From contig NIVC01001742.1 of NCBI GenBank assembly GCA_002269645.1, positions 1 to 64,000 of the forward strand: a stretch of DNA of 64,000 nt, read 5' to 3'. This DNA is from Macrostomum lignano. Its lineage: Eukaryota. Of the stretch, positions 56,707-64,000 are shown piece by piece. The notes under the pieces were generated by a model. The model was not told where the DNA came from. It ran no database searches and was given only the letters and a program-made list of their open reading frames with translations. Both the position numbers and the translations under genes were made by a program. The first letter of the stretch is position 1. Each line of letters starts with the position of its first letter.

Positions 56707-57770
56707 TTAACCCATTCTGGAATAGAGATTTAATGTTGAAAACTGTCGTTTATTTTATTTCAATGACGTCAAATTAGTTTCTACTGACATTTAACGAAAA
56801 TGCTTTGGTGTCACGAAGGTGATAAAATTGGGGTCTCCGAATACCTGTGTGTCAGAATACCTGTTTGTCAGAATACCTGTGTGTCAGAACACCTGTGTGT
56901 CAGAATACCTGTGTGTCAGAATACCTGCGTGTCTGAATACAGGTGTGTCAGATCTGGATGTCAAAAGAACCGGTGTCAGATGATCTAAGTATAAGCTGAT
57001 ACATAATTAGAAAAGAGGGCGGCGTCTTAGCCAGCCCTCTAATCCTCAGATCAAAGTTACCTGATTCGTTGGCTAAGAAAATCTCTGCTGGCTTTGATGC
57101 GCGCCAAAGTTTGGACCAGGTTTTGGATTTCCATTCGACGGTCCGATCGCTTCAGAGGGTTGAGCCTAAAATAGGTTTAAAGTTGCCGATATGTTTATCT
57201 ACTTGCCACACCCCATTCTCTACCCCTCTGTCCCTTGAAACACCCACCTCACGCCATTCTCTACCCCTCTGTCCCTTGTAACACCCACCTCACGCCAGTC
57301 TCTACCCCTCTGTCCCTTGCAACAGCCACCTCACGCCAGTCTCTACCCCTCTGTCCCTTGCAACACCGCATCACGCGTTTCTCTACCCCTCTGTCCCTTG
57401 CAACACCGCATCACGCCTTTCTCTACCCCTCTGTCCCTTGCAACACCGCATCACGCCTTTCTATACCTCTTCGTCCCTTGCAACATCCACATCACAACAT
57501 TCTTTATACCTGAGCTCTGCATTTCGATCCGTTTTGTAAAAAAAGATTGCATTAAACATCGCTAAGCAGAAGGCAAATCTTTAAAATGATACACAATACA
57601 AGCGTATCACCTACTTACCGTTCGCCGCTCGAATGATCGGCAATCCGATTATCAAAGTCATACTCGGCAGGGTAGCCGTCATCATACTCATAAGCAGTCG
57701 GCAGAGCTGAAGCCACAGCAGCCAGCATCAGCGCGGCCAAAAGCACAGCAGACTGTGTCTGTTTGGGCAT
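56707..57770 (-). CDS. Secreted neuropeptide precursor, 88 aa; exons 57619-57770, 57061-57165, 56707-56716
   Basis: MPKQTQSAVLLAALMLAAVASA signal peptide, acidic spacer, KR site, then SDRRMEIQNLVQTLARIKASRDFLSQRIRM-G-stop. Both introns are phase 2 GT-AG. The 10-nt last exon is the least certain part. Confidence 0.75.
57205..57500. repeat. 41-bp minisatellite (forward orientation) in neuropeptide intron 1
   Basis: Unit ctctacccctctgtcccttgcaacacccacctcacgccatt. Confidence 0.9.
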
Positions 57771-58429
57771 GTCTAAAACGAAAAAGCCATCAACCCGATC
57801 GCAGAGCATGAAAATATTGTTCTGAATAGAAAATGGCAAAACACTTACTCAGTTTCGACGAATGTTTTTACGCTTTCCTTTCAACAGCTTGTGTAAAATT
57901 TCAGGCAGCGGATTACTCAGCTGAGTGAAAGCTTTTTGTTTTATAGTAACATTCTATAGCTGGCGTTATTGCTTCAAGCCTCTTCACTCCATTGGCAAGT
58001 GGCTCCACCCCATCCCACTTGAAGCCGCCGTCTCTGATTGGCTGGCTAAATGCTCCTACGCGAGCTTGCTGGGAGATGGCGTCAACATTCTAAAAAAGGT
58101 TTGGTTGCGACTAATTCTGTCCAAATATTCACTGACGTGTGTCAAGACTATACAAGCTACTGTCTCAAAGGGTTTCAAGCGACGAGCATTCTTCGATATA
58201 TAATCTATTTCAAAGGGGGAATGGCTGTATGCAAATTAGTCACTGCTATTTAAACTAAGCTAGCTAGCTAGCTTTTCTGAGGTCAAATTAATTCTTGGCT
58301 GCGCTAACTAGATGTTACGATCGTACAGTGACTAAAATAGCAAGAGAATTTGCGAGAGATGGGTGTTAAACAGGTCCAAAGGGCTAAAAAATGGCGTGAG
58401 GTTGGGGTTAAAGTCCATTAGTCCGTGGG

Positions 58430-58740
58430 GTGAGAATGGCGTGAGGTGGGTGTTGCAAGGGACACAGGGTGGAAAAAGGCGTGAGATAGATGTTGAAACG
58501 GACAGAGGGGTAGAGAAAGGCGTGAGGTGGGTGTTGCAAGGGACACAGGGTGGAAAAAGGCGAGATAGATGTTGAAACGGACAGAGGGGTAGAGAAAGGC
58601 GTGAGGTGGGTGTTGAAACTGACAGAGGGGTAGAGAAAGGCGTGAGGTGGGGGTTGAAATGGACAGAGGGGTAGAGATTGGCGTGAGGTGGGTGTCGCAC
58701 AGGACAGTGTGGTAGAGATCAGTGAGAAGTGGGTGTTGCA
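58430..58740. repeat. 41-bp minisatellite, same family as 57205-57500, reverse orientation
   Basis: ggcgtgaggtgggtgttgcaagggacagaggggtagag units. Confidence 0.9.
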
Positions 58741-59514
58741 AGGATAAAGAGGCAGAGAATTCTCAAGCGCACAGAATACTGAAGGCATTGGGTGCTTTGG
58801 AAGTTCACTATCTGATACAAGCCCATATTGCCTGCGCATTTAAATGCTGATTGTTGCTTGTACATTGTTAAATGAAATTTATAATTTAATTTCGATTTGT
58901 TCGAAAATTGAATGGAAGATTTTAATTAAATTAAGAAACCAATTCATCAATCAGTTTTGCAATCAGCGAAAAGGAAATAAAACTCTTCAATTGACTGAAT
59001 GCTAGCATGCAGTAAAAATATCCATAGATTTGCTTTTTATACTCATTTTGCGACGTCAGTGTTTTTTAAGTACTCATGTTACAAGCGTATAGAGTTTAAG
59101 ATGGATAATTTTAAATGTTCAATGCTGCAAAAGTTTTTGATAAATTTTGAACTGTAAGCAAAGGACATGGCGCTAATTTATGAGTAGCTAGTGTTTCCTA
59201 CTAAAGAAATGAATTAATGTGAAAAAGTTGCTGTTAGCTAAAATAAAATAGTTCCCTGGAGCCATTACTCCAGTTTTAAACTTGACACCCACAAAAATTT
59301 CAAAAAACTATTTGAAACGCTTACAGCTAAAAGCTGTGACTGACTTTAGTAAGACGGAAACGTAAGATAAAGACTGCTGCTAACAGGGCAGATCCTATAT
59401 ATATATATGCGTGTCTGTATGTCTGTAAATGTGTCTGCAGAGCAAAATACATTAAGAACAATAAATACTCGTGACTAAAAAGTCTTGAGACGTAAAAATA
59501 TAGCCAAAGAGTTT

Positions 59515-59998
59515 GGCTTGAGGTGGGTGTTGCATGGGACAGAGAGGCAGAGAATGGCGTGAGGTGGGTGTTGCAAGGGACAGAGAGGCAGAGAATGGCG
59601 TGAGGTGGGTGTCTCAGGGGACAGAGGGGTAGAGAATGGCATGGGGTGGGTGTCTCAAGGGACAGAGGGGTAGAGAATGGCATGGGGTGGGTGTTGAAAG
59701 GGACAGAGGGGTAGAGAATGCCATGGGGTGGGTGTTGAAAGGGACAGAGGGGTAGAGAATGGCATGGGGTGGGTGTTGAAAGGGACAGAGGGGTAGAGAA
59801 TACCATGGGGTGGGTGTTGAAAGGGACAGAGGGGTAGAGAATGCCATGGGGTGGGTGTTGAAAGGGACAGAGGGGTAGAGAATGGCATGGGGTGGGTGTT
59901 GAAAGGGACAGAGGGGTAGAGAATGCCATGGGGTGGGTGTTGAAAGGGACAGAGGGGTAGAGAATGCCATGGGTGGGTGTTGTAAGGGACAGAGGGAC
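59515..59998. repeat. 41-bp minisatellite, third array of the same family, reverse orientation
   Basis: aatggcatggggtgggtgttgaaagggacagaggggtagag units. Confidence 0.92.
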
Positions 59999-60607
59999 CC
60001 TTACAACGCATGAAACTTTGTTAGAACTTATAGTTTACCGTCGAAAAAAGACAATTCTATGTACCTATAGTTGTCCAGATACAGAATTTTTTGTGACTAA
60101 GTTTATACCCTTTTAGGCACATTTTAACACAGACATCCTTCAGTTTTTATGATGCTACTCATAGTAGACGATACAGTTTGTTAATTTACAATTAATTTTT
60201 TCTTATGTATATTTTAGTTTCGTTATTTAGTTTAGCCTTAGTAGCTCGCCTAAATTGATAAGAAAAAATTCTGATATGAATAGGGATTTTAATATGACTT
60301 CCAATTCCCCGTTGGCTTTTTATTTTCTTTCCACTTCTGACGGCACCAATTAAATTTAACTTTCTCGTAGTCAATTTCCACAGCAGAGTGGAGCAGTGCT
60401 CAGCTTTTATCATCCGGAACCCAAGCTAGATCAACCCGATTGCTAATTAACTCTCCACTTCAATCAACGGCCGGTATTGAAAGTGTCTGGAATTTTTTGT
60501 GAACTAAAAAATATTCTTTTATCTCAGACCTTTGTGAAAAAAACGAAGGGACACGCAGAGCATTTTCGAGACTAGTGAAAGTGCAAGTGAAATTCGCGAA
60601 AATATTT

Positions 60608-61100
60608 GTGAGGGCTGTGAGGGCTGTGAGGGCTGTAAGGGTTGTGGGAGCTCAGGGGGTTGTGGGGGCTGAGTGGGTTGTGGGGGGTGAGTGGGTTGTG
60701 GGGGTGAGTGGGTTGTGGGGGTGAATGGGTTGTGCGGGGTGAGGGGGTTGTGGGGGTTGAGGGGGTCGTGGGGGGTGAGGGGGTTGTGGGGGTGAGGGGG
60801 TTGTGGGGGGTGAGAGGGTTGTTGGGGGTGAGGGGGTTGTGGGGGGCGAGGGGGTTGTGGGGGTGAGGGGGTTGTGGGGGGTGAGGGGGTTGTGGGGGTG
60901 AGGGGGTTGTGGGGGGTGAGAGGGTTGTTGGGGTGAGGGGGTTGTGGGGGTGAGGGGTTGTGGGGGGTGAGGGGGTTGTCGGGGGTGAGGGGGTTGTGGG
61001 GGGTGAGGGGGTTGTGGAGCTGAGAGGGTGTGGCTGTGAGGGTTGTGGGGGGCTGTGTAGGTTGTGTGGCTGAGGGATTGTGCGGTTGAGGGTTGTGAGG
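60608..61100. repeat. G-rich low-complexity repeat (G-quadruplex-prone)
   Basis: (gggggttgtggggggtga)n. Confidence 0.92.
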
Positions 61101-61767
61101 GGGTTTCGGGCACCGCAGTGTTATTGGAGCGCCGTGTGGGCTGTGTGGTGCTGTGGGATTTGCCAGTCACCACTGGGACTGCTTTGGGGCGCCATGGGTT
61201 TAATGGATCGATGGGGACGCGAGCAGCAGGCTGATAACACTAAGGTATATGTTTCGAATTGATCTCAAATATTTGGTTGAATTTTCTTCAGCGCAAGGAA
61301 TATGCCAGTAATCCGACACTGCTGTGTAATCCCTCTTCACTTCATTTGCTGGACATGTATAAGACAGAGGGTGCCAGGGCAGACAAAGAGCTGAAGTATA
61401 TGTGCCCTGTTCTCTATTTGAGCTGATAGTAAATAAGACGAAGGACAGTCTGCGAGGCAGATAAGAATTAGCCAAGGATTTCGCAGGCTGATTCTGCAGC
61501 TGGCGAGGTTAAGCTGGCCAAGTGGACACAAGGTCTGAGCAGACTCTACGCGAGGGCCATGGAGACGGCTGCTATTGATTTAAGTAGTCTGCAGGATTCC
61601 GTCTGCTACACAAGGGAACAAGGCTGAGTTCTTTATGTCCCTCACGGCTCTCTAATCGAAATTGAAAAAAACTTCACTTTGTTGAAATACATTTCGTACT
61701 CAGTCATATCTTATACTGTTCTCGTTTCTAGCGCATCTGAGCTTTCTATTATTGGTGTCCGATCCGC

Positions 61768-62290
61768 TCGCTACTCCGCATTCCTTTCCGCTCTCTACTC
61801 CGCATTCATTTCCGCTCTCTACTCACTCCGCATTTATTTCCGCTCTCTACTCCGAATTTGCTTCCGCTCTCTACTCCGCATTCCTTTCCGCTCTCTACTC
61901 CGCATTTATTTCCGCTCTCTACTCCGAATTTGCTTCCGCTCCCTACTCCGCATTTATTTCCGCTCTCTACTCCTCATTTCTTCCGCTCTCTACTCCGAAT
62001 TTGCTTCCGCTCTCTACTCCGCATTCCTTTCCGCTCTCTACCCCTCATATCTTTCCGCTCTCTACCCCTCATATCTTTCCGCTCTCTACCCCTTATTTCT
62101 TTCCACTCTCTACTCCGCATTCCTTTCCGCTCTCTACTCCGCATTCTTTTCCGCTCTCTACCCCCCATATCTTTCCGCTCTCTACTCCTCATTTCTTCCG
62201 CTCTCTACTCCTCATTTCTTCCGCTCTCTACTCCACATTCCTTTCCGCTCTCTACCCCTCATATCTTTCCACTCTCTACTCCGTATTTTC
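61768..62290. repeat. 24-bp pyrimidine-rich minisatellite
   Basis: Unit ttccgctctctactccgcattcct. Confidence 0.92.
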
Positions 62291-63186
62291 TTCCGCCAAG
62301 TGAACTGCGAGAAGAATTCGAACCCATGCCAAAGGAGGGCATGTTTGGTGGGCCGCGGCCTTGTTAGAAAATCCCTCTAGGTCTGCTCCCCCAAGAGAGG
62401 AGAAAAGGTACTTCAATCCCAATTTCGTTGCCAAGTGTTGGCCCGTTAGCTACTGAAGAACTTGAAGGGAAATCGCTTGGCTGAACTGTCTGTTCAAGGA
62501 GGCGGCACTAATGCCTCCTCGTGCGCTCTTGGCGTTAGAAAAAGTTCGAGTGCCGGGGTTGGCGGCAGGGTAAAAACACAGATGCAGAACCCAGACTCTG
62601 CACCTGGCAACTCGGATTTTGAAAATAAAATTACGGTTCCTGACCCGTGAAGAGAAATGCGGGAAACAGTTTAACAAAGTTTTCATCCTTCTCTGTGTGA
62701 AGGCGGCACTTGCAAGAACCGCAACGGGATATCGTAACGGACTCTATAATGAGCTGCTCCGGGCCCCCTCGATCCCCAAAGCCCCATTCGCCATGGACCA
62801 CCGGGCTCGCGTCCAAAAGCAATTTTTTCCTATACTGTGCAATGCTGTGCAGTGGACAGCCGCACTGCTTGGCGGAGGGTATGAAGGAGGACATGGCTGG
62901 CAAATGCACCGCGACTGCGCATGATGAAGATGGGGAGAGGCTGCAGCTGAGACCCCGGCCTGCCTTCCTCTCACTCTCTGGAAGAAATTATATTTCGGCA
63001 TGGATGCACTGCGCCTGTAGCCTTATTTACTGAGGCGTGCCACGGGCCTCGGCTCTGCGACTGCCAAGCTGCACCGACTTCGGCGTGTCGCTGGGAACCC
63101 CTCACTGCCCGGCTGCTCTGCTGCTAGCCGGAACCTCGAATCAGCTCTGCTCGCACTGCTCCTGTCTTATCCTGTCAGTCTCGCCA

Positions 63187-63374
63187 CTCACTCACTCACT
63201 CACTCACTCACTCACTCACTCACTCACTCACTCACTCACTCACTCACTCACTCACTCACTCACTCACTCACTCACTCACTCACTCACTCACTCACTCACT
63301 CACTCACTCACTCACTCACTCACTCACTCACTCACTCACTCACTCACTCACTCACTCACTCACTCACTCACTCA
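63187..63374. repeat. (ACTC)n microsatellite
   Basis: Perfect tetranucleotide run. Confidence 0.97.
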
Positions 63375-64000
63375 TACACGTCTGTGACGGACTGGGTCGA
63401 GTCAAGTTAGCTACAGGGTTTACATCGAGTTGTAAAAAAAGCATTGGTTTTTTGTTTGAAATGCTCAGATATATAAGGCAGATATGCTTGCGCAAAAATT
63501 TAAACTGGAGAAGTCTCCAAAAACAAAATAATGAGCACCAAATTTATCTAGGTCTCGACCTAATCTACCTGTCTTGATCCCACCTATTGCTCGAGGTCCG
63601 TTTGTTACAGGCATTAGATCGAGTTTTTTTGTTCAGCTAATAAAACTAGATTGTGGATTTCGTAGAGAAAGTGAAATAACATTAAAAAAAACAGGATTGT
63701 GATCTAATAGAACTAAAATAACATTATTGGATTATGGCAAACACAAAAATTAATATTATAGACTTGAACAAAAGGTTTTTTATTTTAACAGGCCTTAATT
63801 ATTGTATAAATAAGAGCGTTATTAGTGTTAATAATGAACGGACAGTTATTAACTGCGAAACGTAACTTTGTACATAGAATTTGCTCAGAAGTTTATCAAC
63901 TTCCCTAATGGAAGCAGATACGCTCGAGGTAACCGCCTCAAGTGAATCCGGTAGCCAATGTCTCAAGGAAGCGTTAATTTGAAACTGAGTCATTTTGTCC

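Noticed and set aside
62295-62365. tRNA-like GGTTCGAA B box on the minus strand
   Set aside because: No cloverleaf or acceptor stem can be built; at most a decayed SINE head.
63799-63993. 64-aa minus-strand ORF at the right edge, a possible terminal exon
   Set aside because: No motif is recognisable and the upstream context lies outside the window.

Overview
Eukaryotic (metazoan) genomic DNA, not prokaryotic. The minisatellite-packed introns, CpG-rich exons and RTE/Penelope fragments suggest a flatworm such as Macrostomum, but this is inference from sequence style only. Spliced gene models were built by hand with phase-consistent splice sites: a two-exon aminergic-like class A GPCR (+, 1858-9796), a five-exon uncharacterised coiled-coil gene with a 16-nt microexon (+, 10238-15766), PTAR1 (-), INTS6 (-, first intron GC-AG), an intronless DCAF4/WDR21-like gene (-), an orphan single-exon ORF (-) and a three-exon secreted neuropeptide precursor (-, 56707-57770) that is absent as a whole from the ORF track. 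Most of the remaining DNA is tandem repeat, and most long ORFs in the track are repeat artefacts. Mobile elements include the 3' end of a Penelope-like element with a minimal hammerhead-ribozyme motif, an RTE LINE fragment, a tRNA-derived SINE and several MITEs. The best leads are the neuropeptide (CRF/DH44-like or NPF-like), the hammerhead motif, the intron-filling minisatellites (one carries repeated splice donors), a CpG-depleted block and a palindromic CCAAT/E-box/CCAAT element upstream of INTS6. No database search was possible, so family calls rest on remembered motifs. Repeat boundaries are approximate.
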